The notes under the pieces are model-generated. The model was given only the letters and a program-made list of their open reading frames with translations. It did not search any database and was not told where the DNA came from. Both the position numbers and the translations under genes were made by a program. 64,000 nt of DNA from an uncultured bacterium (lineage in GTDB: Bacteria; Chlamydiota; Chlamydiia; Chlamydiales; SM23-39), in contig CAZQNB010000002.1 in NCBI GenBank assembly GCA_964594545.1, positions 19,993-83,992 on the forward strand. Direction: 5' to 3'. Of the stretch, positions 18,661 through 26,800 are shown piece after piece; position 1 is the first letter of the stretch; every line of letters begins with the position of its first letter.

Positions 18661-19698
18661 TTGAGGATGTCAATGGAAACTTCTAGGATTATCATTCGTA
18701 TGCCCAACTGGGTCGGAGATCTCGTCATGGCAACGCCCATTCTTGCCGATTTGAGAGAGGCTTTTCCAAAGGCGTCGATCACTGCGATGTGTAAATCTCC
18801 CATCTGTGAATTGTTAAGTACAGATCCCTCAATCGATGAGCTTTTTTGTTTTACAAAGCCTGTGAATAGTTTTGTCAGAAGAGAGGATCAACGGGATATC
18901 ATCTCTAAGATTCAAGCAGGCCACTTTGATCTTGGGATTTTGCTTACGAACTCTTTTTCTTCCGCTTGGTGGTTTTGGCAGGGAAATGTAAAGCGCCGTT
19001 TGGGATATCGAAATGGTCTTCGCAATTTATTGCTTACAGACGCTGTGAAACGATCTAAGACAAAGATGCATCAGGTAGATATCTATAAGAATTTGCTTGA
19101 ATCTGTGGGCGTTTCTCATTCAAACACAGCGCCTCGCCTTTTTGTGACAGATAAGGAGATAGCCGATTCTAAAAGTCTTTTATTTCAAAGAGGATACCAA
19201 AAGGGGAAGCCTCTCATCGGGATGAATCCCGGCGCTGCTTATGGATCCGCAAAGTGTTGGCCTGCGGATCGTTTTCGCTCTTTATGTTTAGAGCTTTTGA
19301 AAGATGACGTGTATATCGTTTTTTTTGGGGATGCATCCGGCGGATCTTTGATCAAGGAGATCTGTCAGGGGCTTCCTCCTCAAGTGATGAATTTAGCAGG
19401 CTCTACAAGTTTAAGAGAGCTTGCGTGTTTGATTAAAGATTGCACCGTTTTTGTAACGAATGATAGCGGGCCTATGCATATCGCATCTGCGTTTAACGTT
19501 CCTCTTGTGGCCCTTTTTGGGTCGACAGACGAGATTGTCACAGGGCCGTTTGGACAAAGTCAATCGGTGATCAATAAACAGGTGAGCTGCTCTCCGTGTT
19601 TGAAGAGAAAGTGTCCCATTGATTTTCGTTGTATGACGCAAATATCTGTTGCTGAAGTGGTTTTGTGTATCCGTAAAAAACTAGGTTCTCATGTTTAA
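18661..19698 (+). CDS. glycosyltransferase family 9 (ADP-heptose:LPS heptosyltransferase-like)
   Basis: IIIRMPNWVGDLVMATP, KCWP and NDSGPMHIA motifs typical of RfaF/WaaC-type GT9. The start is likely ATG 18667 or 18673. Confidence 0.85.
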   Translation: MRMSMETSRIIIRMPNWVGDLVMATPILADLREAFPKASITAMCKSPICELLSTDPSIDELFCFTKPVNSFVRREDQRDIISKIQAGHFDLGILLTNSFSSAWWFWQGNVKRRLGYRNGLRNLLLTDAVKRSKTKMHQVDIYKNLLESVGVSHSNTAPRLFVTDKEIADSKSLLFQRGYQKGKPLIGMNPGAAYGSAKCWPADRFRSLCLELLKDDVYIVFFGDASGGSLIKEICQGLPPQVMNLAGSTSLRELACLIKDCTVFVTNDSGPMHIASAFNVPLVALFGSTDEIVTGPFGQSQSVINKQVSCSPCLKRKCPIDFRCMTQISVAEVVLCIRKKLGSHV

Positions 19699-21445
19699 GA
19701 AAATCCGACGATTGTTATTGCCAAATCCTTTTGATTCGCAATTGAAAAAATGCGTAAAACATGGCGGGAAAAAGGTTCTTCTCGGGTGGAACCGGGGGCT
19801 TGGGGATATTGCGCTTGGCCTTTACGCGATGATTCAAAGGATTCGAGAAAAAGTGCCGGGTGCGGAAATTACGTTTTTGACTCGTCCCAATTTGCAAGAC
19901 GGATTTTCTCTCTTGCGCGGGATTGATGTTTTGATCGATCCCGATCTTAAAAGAGGACAGTGTTGGGACGCTTGCTTTTCCTTAAAAAAACTGGGGATCG
20001 ATCCAAAATCATTTGATCTCATCATTGGAAAGCCGAGTCCCACCGATTGGGTTCCTTGGCAACGGGGGAAGGTAGTGCCTCTTTTAGAATGGGACGCCTC
20101 TTATGAAAATCTATGGCAGAAATTTGGGCTTGAAGAGGGGTTTACCTATATCGGCGTTCAGGTTGTCGTTGAAACAAATTATGGCCCTTGGCGCAATTGG
20201 CCGATTGTTCATTGGAAGCTTCTATTTGCCCGATTAGAAAAACTAAAAAACGTAAAAATCATCTTGCTCGGCGGCGATGAAAAGACCGAATTTCAAGGCG
20301 AGAATCTGATCGACCTTAGAGGGAAAACAACGCTCTTTGAACTTCTATCGATTGCGACGAAATGCTCTCATATGATTCTTCCGGATTCAGGCATTTTATC
20401 GATGGTCTATTATCTCAATTACCCCTTTCCGATCCATCTCATCAGCCTTTGGGGCGATCCAAATCATGGGATTTTAAAACAGGCCGTAAACTCTCCAAAT
20501 CCCCGGTTAAAGCACACCCCGTTGATCGGAGCTCTTCGCGATTTATCAACCGTGACAGTAGATCTAATGATGAATACCCTTTTTCCGGTAAAACCACTTA
20601 AAACATGCCTAAAATCTTCAGAGGTGATTCCGGGCACTCTTGCCCATGTGGGGTGTATTTTATTAGCCGGCGGTCAAGGGACAAGACTTAAAGTTAAAGG
20701 GCCAAAAGGGACTTTTGCAATCCAGGGGAAAAGTCTTTTTGAGTGGGTCGTTGAAAAAGCTCCCAAGGAAAATTTTCCCATTGCCATCATGACATCTCCC
20801 TTAAATCATGAAGAGACGGTTTCGTTTTTTAAGAGAAATGAGAATTTTGGAAGAGAGATCTATTTTTTTTCGCAGGAGATGCTCCCGTTTTTAGATCAGA
20901 AAAAACGGCCCTTGAAAACTCTTGCGCCGAATGGAAACGGCTCGGTGTTTCGCTCATTTTTGCAAAGCGGGCTGTATGATGTTTTCCGAAAAAAGGGGAT
21001 CGATTTATTGACGATTGTCCCTGTTGAAAATCCACTTGCTGATATGGCTGATCTTTCTTTAATTGGGTATGCAAGAGAGACAAAATCGGATGTAACCATC
21101 AAATGCGTGAAGAGAGAATCGCAAGAGGAATCGATGGGAGCCATTGTTGAAAGAGAAGGGAGAATTGAAATTGTGGAGTATATCAATCGAGATCGTTGCC
21201 TTGAGTATGTGTATTCAAATACCGGAATGATGGCGATCTCTATGCCCTTTTTTCATGAGATGTCAAAGCAAGAGCTTCCGCTGCATTGGGTAGAAAAACC
21301 GATTCCGGGAACGAAGAAATTAGGCTGGAAGGGGGAGAAATTCATTTTTGATGCTTTTTGTTTTGGGAATGTGTCAGCTCTTTGCTATGACAAAGGGAGC
21401 TGTTACGCGCCAATCAAATCTATTTATACCATTTATGAGAAATAA
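19691..21445 (+). CDS. fusion protein: GT9-like glycosyltransferase domain plus eukaryotic-type UDP-sugar pyrophosphorylase (UDPGP/UAP) domain
   Basis: N-terminal half has GWNRGLGDIALGLY, WRNWP and LPDSGILSM (GT9-like). C-terminal half has LLAGGQGTRL..GPKG, MTSPLNHEET, PNGNG and GEKFIFD (UDPGP family). Confidence 0.8.
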   Translation: MFKKIRRLLLPNPFDSQLKKCVKHGGKKVLLGWNRGLGDIALGLYAMIQRIREKVPGAEITFLTRPNLQDGFSLLRGIDVLIDPDLKRGQCWDACFSLKKLGIDPKSFDLIIGKPSPTDWVPWQRGKVVPLLEWDASYENLWQKFGLEEGFTYIGVQVVVETNYGPWRNWPIVHWKLLFARLEKLKNVKIILLGGDEKTEFQGENLIDLRGKTTLFELLSIATKCSHMILPDSGILSMVYYLNYPFPIHLISLWGDPNHGILKQAVNSPNPRLKHTPLIGALRDLSTVTVDLMMNTLFPVKPLKTCLKSSEVIPGTLAHVGCILLAGGQGTRLKVKGPKGTFAIQGKSLFEWVVEKAPKENFPIAIMTSPLNHEETVSFFKRNENFGREIYFFSQEMLPFLDQKKRPLKTLAPNGNGSVFRSFLQSGLYDVFRKKGIDLLTIVPVENPLADMADLSLIGYARETKSDVTIKCVKRESQEESMGAIVEREGRIEIVEYINRDRCLEYVYSNTGMMAISMPFFHEMSKQELPLHWVEKPIPGTKKLGWKGEKFIFDAFCFGNVSALCYDKGSCYAPIKSIYTIYEK

Positions 21446-21589
21446 CTTTGAGTTGTAGCGTCGGATAGTGCGTCAGATTTGGACGATCTTTTCGAAGCTG
21501 ATATTCTTGAATATCAGCGAGAAAGGATCGTTCAGAGAGGACGTGCTAGACGATGCTACAACGCAAATCTATTTTTCATAAGTGGTATT
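21425..21589. repeat. B-type palindromic element (about 165 bp), degenerate right arm
   Basis: tataccatttatgagaaataactttgagttgtagcgtcggatagtgcgtca...gacgtgctagacgatgctacaacgcaaatct..cataagtggtat. The left end overlaps the last 21 nt of the preceding CDS. Confidence 0.85.
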
Positions 21590-21645
21590 AATTGCCCATA
21601 AAATCTTTCTTGGATTGGATCGTCTCGTGTGTTAGACTATAGGTC

Positions 21646-22635
21646 ATGAAAATAGCATATTTAGGCGCAGGGACTTGGGGATTTGCCCTAGCTTCCATCT
21701 TAGCTCAAAATGGTCATGAGGTCGTCGTTTGGACGAAAGAAGAGCCTTTTGCTGCGCTTTTACAAAAGACGCGCGCCCACCCTAAATTGCCCGGGATTTT
21801 GATTGATTCTTCGGTTGTTTTCACAAGCGATTTAAAAAAAGCTCTTGATGGGGCAGAAGTGATTGTTGAGAGCGTCACATCCTCAGGAGTGCGTCCCGTT
21901 TTTGAAGCAGTCGGAAAGGTAAATATTCCGATTATCCTCACGTCCAAAGGGATAGAGCAGGGGACAGGTCTTTTATTGCCTGAGGTTGTGTCTGATATTT
22001 TAGGCGTTCCAAATAGTCCTTTAGTGGGGTGTTTAAGTGGACCGAGCCACGCAGAAGAGGTCATCCAAAATATGCCGACGTCGGTTGTTTGCGCAGCTTA
22101 TGACCCTTCTCTTACAAAGCTGATTTGTGAACTTTTTACAACGCCCACATTTCGTATTTATCCGAATGCAGATATCCATGGCGTTTGTTTTGGGGGCGCG
22201 ATGAAAAACATCATTGCGATTGCCTGCGGGATTTCTGATGGTTTGAGCGGGAGCGATAACGCAAAGGCGGCGCTCATGACGCGGGGCCTGCATGAAATTC
22301 GGAAACTTAGTGTTGTGAAAGGAGCTAAGCCGGAAACGCTTAATGGTCTTTCCGGGATGGGAGATCTTTGTGTGACCTGTATGTCCACCCTAAGCCGCAA
22401 TTACCGGTTTGGCAAGTTGATTGCAGAAGGGTTTTCTCCTGAGGGGGCTCGTCAAAAAATCGGGATGGCAGTTGAAGGGGTGTATACTTGCGTTTCCGCT
22501 TATGAACTCGGGCAAAAGTACCACATTCCCATTCCTGTTACAGAAGCTACTTACGGTGTGATTTTCAAGGGGCTCGATCCAAGGGTTGCCGTCAAAGCTC
22601 TTTTAACGCGCGCGATTAAAGAAGAGCATCTCTGA
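21646..22635 (+). CDS. gpsA: NAD(P)H-dependent glycerol-3-phosphate dehydrogenase
   Basis: GAGTWGFALA N-terminus and the GPSHAEEV, GGAMKNIIAIA and GLSGMGDL motifs. Confidence 0.95.
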   Translation: MKIAYLGAGTWGFALASILAQNGHEVVVWTKEEPFAALLQKTRAHPKLPGILIDSSVVFTSDLKKALDGAEVIVESVTSSGVRPVFEAVGKVNIPIILTSKGIEQGTGLLLPEVVSDILGVPNSPLVGCLSGPSHAEEVIQNMPTSVVCAAYDPSLTKLICELFTTPTFRIYPNADIHGVCFGGAMKNIIAIACGISDGLSGSDNAKAALMTRGLHEIRKLSVVKGAKPETLNGLSGMGDLCVTCMSTLSRNYRFGKLIAEGFSPEGARQKIGMAVEGVYTCVSAYELGQKYHIPIPVTEATYGVIFKGLDPRVAVKALLTRAIKEEHL

Positions 22636-22707
22636 GTTGTTTTTGTTGAAATAAAATTGCTGTAATCTGACAATCTTTCCCTTGCGATCGCAAATATATC
22701 TTTGATG

Positions 22708-22877
22708 TAATACCAATCGCAGCAAATAAATTCATATTTAAGCCGCGTGAAAGCTGTCGATAAATCGAAGATCGTAAGTGGCATTGTATTAGGTCAATAC
22801 TATGCCCTTTTTTTAATTGATTTATCGGCAGCTTTCAATCCCGTCCAAACGCCGATTCTTCAAGTTGTTTCGGTATA
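22708..22877. repeat. A-type palindromic element, chimeric copy (left and right arms from different subfamilies)
   Basis: The left arm (taataccaatcgcagcaaataaattcatatttaagccgcg) is not complementary to the right arm (cccgtccaaacgccgattcttcaagttgtttcggtata). The shared core tgaaagctgtcgataaatcga...tgatttatcggcagctttcaa is intact. Confidence 0.85.
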
Positions 22878-22983
22878 TAGGGGTCGTCCAACAATAAATA
22901 TAAAGACGTTCCTGAATTTTAATTGAGTGAAATGCTCGTGCAGTTCATGATTCTCGTCTTTCAATAGACAAAGGAAGGTCAAA

Positions 22984-24165
22984 ATGAGTTCTGTTGTACG
23001 CGTAGACACAGATGGAGTCCCTACATATCGCCCGCCTGCTGTAAATCCTCAATATATCCCGACTGCTGTAAATCCTCAATATATCCCGACTGCTGTAAAT
23101 CCTCAATATATCCCGACTGCCCCACAACACTTTGGAAGGACGCAGGTACAGCTTCAGAGACTGGCTCTCAAAACTCTTGCCGGTGTAGGCGCTTTGGCAG
23201 GAACCTTTGCTGCTATAAAGGGGGATGCAGAAAGAATATTCACTGTCCCGCTTTTATTGGGTTTTGTGGGGGGATGCTTATATGTGGCATCGAATGTAAA
23301 AGACTACGAGGATCCAGACGAACTTCGCGCTATGCAAGAGAATGCGGCAATACAGACTTTTCCTGCCATTATAAAGGAGCATAGCTTAGAAAATACTGTA
23401 AAATATCTTCTGAATGCGGATGTAGTAAAACTCAAATTTAAGGAAGCGTATGGTTTAAGTAAACTTTCTAGACTTCTACAGATCTATCCTTTCGCAATCA
23501 TCCGAAAATATAAATTGGCAGATGACGCTCTCTTGCAAAGATGTTTTTTTAATCAATTGAGAGAGGCCTCTGTTTGGGAGCTTGAAGAATCTTTTGTGAC
23601 AATGTGTAGAATAGAGGGTGTTATTTCTGAGGTTGGAAGCAAGGCGCTGATAGATTTTATTTGTCAAGTAAAGAGCTGTGAGACCAACTACTCAGCCCGT
23701 TGCGCAGATCTGGATACAAAATATCCAGGGCGAACATCAAAACTTCTGAAAGAACTTGATCTGAAAGCAAAAGCACTTCCCGGTGAAGCAGAAAAAATGA
23801 AAAATACGATCCTTCAAAACGGCTATCGGGCAGCAAACGAACAAGCAGAGGTTCGATTAGTCCTAGATACTTTCTTGACGGGTAAATCGGCAATGGAATG
23901 TTTGGGTAATTACGTTGATACTACTGTGCAAGGGAGTGTTGTAGCTCAAGCTACTGCTGCAAAAACTGAACAACAATGGCTTGAGCAACAGTTGACAGCG
24001 ATCGAAACGAAGCGACAGCACATCCTCGAAAAGAACTTTGGGGGTGAGCAAGAAACTTTATATCAGCAGGCCCTTAAGATTCTTGAGTCCGATCGTCGGG
24101 GAACATTATGGCAGTTACAAAGTAAGTTTTACGAGAAAATCTTTGAGCTCTTCGGGGATATTTAG
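22984..24165 (+). CDS. Inc-like protein: N-terminal AVNPQYIPT x3 repeat, bilobed hydrophobic domain, coiled-coil C-terminus
   Basis: AGGAAGG SD before the ATG. Two hydrophobic lobes, LKTLAGVGALAGTFAAI and TVPLLLGFVGGCLYVASNV, are separated by 8 polar residues. Confidence 0.75.
   Translation: MSSVVRVDTDGVPTYRPPAVNPQYIPTAVNPQYIPTAVNPQYIPTAPQHFGRTQVQLQRLALKTLAGVGALAGTFAAIKGDAERIFTVPLLLGFVGGCLYVASNVKDYEDPDELRAMQENAAIQTFPAIIKEHSLENTVKYLLNADVVKLKFKEAYGLSKLSRLLQIYPFAIIRKYKLADDALLQRCFFNQLREASVWELEESFVTMCRIEGVISEVGSKALIDFICQVKSCETNYSARCADLDTKYPGRTSKLLKELDLKAKALPGEAEKMKNTILQNGYRAANEQAEVRLVLDTFLTGKSAMECLGNYVDTTVQGSVVAQATAAKTEQQWLEQQLTAIETKRQHILEKNFGGEQETLYQQALKILESDRRGTLWQLQSKFYEKIFELFGDI
23038..23118 (+). 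repeat. perfect 27-bp tandem repeat x3 inside a CDS
   Basis: gctgtaaatcctcaatatatcccgact repeated three times, in frame (AVNPQYIPT). Confidence 0.95.
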
Positions 24166-24197
24166 GCAGGACGCAGTATATTTCTTTGGGTTAAATC

Positions 24198-25751
24198 TTG
24201 GTTTTTGGCATAGCCAAGATTAGACCCGGAGATCTTGTGTTTTTCCCAGTTGTTACCTCAGTAGAAATGCAAAGGCTTGAAAAGCTCGCCATCAAAGACG
24301 GCTGCAGCGAAGAAGCGTTCATGCTAAGCGCGGGCCAAAAAATCGCAGCGCGGGTCTTGCCGTTTTTAGAAAAAAGGGCTCTCCCAAAACGGGTGGCTAT
24401 CCTCGTTGGCAAAGGGAACAAGGGGGGCGACGCTTTTGCCTCTGGCATTTGTCTTGCGCAAAAGGGGATCCATGTCCGAGTTTTAACATTGTTTCCTCTG
24501 AAAAGTTGCTCTAAGCTCAATCAGAAATTTCAGGCCAAATTTGTCAAGAATTTTGGCACTGTAGAGCTGATTTCTGATTTCGGGAAATGTTCTTTTGAAG
24601 ATGACGGCCTTATCTTAGATGGGTTGCTCGGGACCGGGTTTAAGGGCAAGGTAGATCCTCAAATGTCTGCGCTCATCGCCTTTGCCAATGGATCGGGCAA
24701 GCCCATCATTGCGATCGACATCCCGTCAGGACTTGATGGTTCAACAGGAGAGGTGAGGGGAGCTGCGATTGTCGCTCAAGAAACCATTGCTCTTGGGTGT
24801 TTTAAGATCGGATTTTTCCTGCGCGATGGCTGGAATCATGTGGGCAAGATTTATTTAGAGGATTTTGGCCTTCCTGAAAAGTATTTAAGCAAAGCAAATG
24901 CACTCGCGCGCATTCCCTGTTGCAAAGCGCTAAAAATGCCTCCTATTTTGCGAAATCGGCATAAATACCAGGCGGGCTATGTAGTTGGGCTCTCCGGCTC
25001 AGACATTTATCGAGGGGCTCCCAAATTATCAGGGCTTGCGGCATTGCGATCGGGCGCCGGCATCGTTCGTATATTCTATCCGGGGGACATCGGCTCTGCC
25101 CCCTATTCGCTGATTTGCCAAAAGTGGGATCAAAAATCTTGGGATCAAGAATTGAAAAGAGCTTCCGCGATATTTATCGGTCCGGGGATTGGGAAGAATC
25201 TCAAACTGCTAAAAAAGATGGAAAAGATCACAGTTCCCATTGTCTTTGATGCTGACGCCATTCAAAAAGGGATTTTGTATCCAAAACAGTCTATTTTAAC
25301 GCCTCATCGGGGAGAGGTCCTTCGTCTTTTTGGGCTTGCTCAAGATTTGTCCGAAGAAGATCTGTTGGGAAGGTGCCAAAAATGGGTGAATCGAACCGAT
25401 TGCATTCTCGTTTTGAAGGGAGCCCCGACATGGATTTTTTCAAAGGAGAAATTGCCGATCCTTATCCATCACGGCGATCCCGGTATGGCAAAAGCAGGCA
25501 CAGGCGATGTGTTGACGGGCGTGATTGCGGCCCTCCTGGCTCAGAAAATGAACCCAGTTAATACCGCGATTTTGGGCGTTACTTTGCATGCCTCTGCGGG
25601 AGAAATAGCAACAAAGCTAAAAACTTCTTACGGCATGATCGCAGAAGATCTAATCCAATCTTTACCCCATGCTATACTTGAGCAGGGAAATGGCGTGGTA
25701 CGATTTATACCATTCGGTGAAGCGGACAATCCCCTCTTCCAAAGAGACTGA
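24198..25751 (+). CDS. nnr: bifunctional NAD(P)H-hydrate repair enzyme (epimerase / ADP-dependent dehydratase)
   Basis: YjeF N-terminal domain (GKGNKGGDAF) plus a C-terminal carbohydrate-kinase-like domain (GTGDVLTG). The start is uncertain (TTG 24198 or GTG 24237). Confidence 0.88.
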   Translation: MVFGIAKIRPGDLVFFPVVTSVEMQRLEKLAIKDGCSEEAFMLSAGQKIAARVLPFLEKRALPKRVAILVGKGNKGGDAFASGICLAQKGIHVRVLTLFPLKSCSKLNQKFQAKFVKNFGTVELISDFGKCSFEDDGLILDGLLGTGFKGKVDPQMSALIAFANGSGKPIIAIDIPSGLDGSTGEVRGAAIVAQETIALGCFKIGFFLRDGWNHVGKIYLEDFGLPEKYLSKANALARIPCCKALKMPPILRNRHKYQAGYVVGLSGSDIYRGAPKLSGLAALRSGAGIVRIFYPGDIGSAPYSLICQKWDQKSWDQELKRASAIFIGPGIGKNLKLLKKMEKITVPIVFDADAIQKGILYPKQSILTPHRGEVLRLFGLAQDLSEEDLLGRCQKWVNRTDCILVLKGAPTWIFSKEKLPILIHHGDPGMAKAGTGDVLTGVIAALLAQKMNPVNTAILGVTLHASAGEIATKLKTSYGMIAEDLIQSLPHAILEQGNGVVRFIPFGEADNPLFQRD

Positions 25752-26639
25752 AGGCTTAAAGTTAAGCATCACGCTGCTTTTATCGATGTCAGCATAGGTT
25801 TCTGTCACCTCGCCCGGTTGCATCGGGTGCATCTCTTTAATCGCTTTTTTGCCCAAAGCGTCTTCTAAAAGCTCGATGAGATAAAGAAGGTTGATCGGCC
25901 TGTTATTGCCTAAATTGAAAATTTCGCAAGCAGCGCCTAGGTCAATGGCAGCCGTTGTCCCTTCGACAATGTCATCGATATAAGTAAAATCTCGACGCAT
26001 GAGCCCGTGATTGAACACTTGGATCGGCTCTCCATCGCAGATTTGTCTTGTAAAACGGTAATAGGCCATGTCAGGACGCCCCCATGGACCATAGACAGTG
26101 AAATACCGCAAGGCAGTCACCGGCAGGCCGTACAGATGGTGGTAGGAGTGGGCGAGAACTTCGTTCGCTTTTTTTGTCGCGCCATAGAGATTGGCCGGCT
26201 GATCGGTCTTGTCCTCTTCGCGAAAGGGGATTTTTTGGTTGAGGCCGTAGACAGAAGACGAAGAGGCGTAAATGAGTTTTAAATTGGGGAAATACCTACA
26301 GGCCTCGAGAACGGAGACAAATCCTTGGAGATTTGCTGAAACATAGTCGTCGGGCTCAAAAAGCGAATGGCGAACGCCTGCTTGCGCAGCTAAATGGACG
26401 ACATGGGTAATTCCATAGCGCAGCAAAACGAGCTTGAGAAAGTTTTTCTCGCAGATATCCGATCGAAGCACTTCAATGCCCAATTTCTGCAGTTGAGCCA
26501 CCCGATCTTTTTTGAGATGCGGGTCATAATAGGCGTTAAAGTTATCAATGCCGATGACAAAGTCGCCTCGAGCTTTGAGATGAATGGCTAGATGATATCC
26601 GATGAATCCTGCGGCACCTGTGATTAATATTCGCTTCAT
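25662..26639 (-). CDS. NAD-dependent epimerase, UDP-glucuronate 4-epimerase-like
   Basis: ILITGAAGFIGYHLA Rossmann start, DNFNAYYDPHLKKDR block typical of UDP-GlcA 4-epimerases and a YGATK catalytic motif. ATG 26639 (MKRILITG) is preferred over the ORF-track start. Confidence 0.85.
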   Translation of the reverse strand: MKRILITGAAGFIGYHLAIHLKARGDFVIGIDNFNAYYDPHLKKDRVAQLQKLGIEVLRSDICEKNFLKLVLLRYGITHVVHLAAQAGVRHSLFEPDDYVSANLQGFVSVLEACRYFPNLKLIYASSSSVYGLNQKIPFREEDKTDQPANLYGATKKANEVLAHSYHHLYGLPVTALRYFTVYGPWGRPDMAYYRFTRQICDGEPIQVFNHGLMRRDFTYIDDIVEGTTAAIDLGAACEIFNLGNNRPINLLYLIELLEDALGKKAIKEMHPMQPGEVTETYADIDKSSVMLNFKPSVSLEEGIVRFTEWYKSYHAISLLKYSMG

Positions 26640-26800
26640 AGTTCTCTTTGTTCGAGGTGTATTCGCTACTGCCTCTATCTTAAATCTCTGCATTCTTATT
26701 TTGCATGGGTTTTTTCGAGATATCCGGATTTTTTTGGGGATTTATGTTTTATGGTCTTGCGAATGAAAGGGAAACTCATTAACATTTGCGGTGTTTAGTT

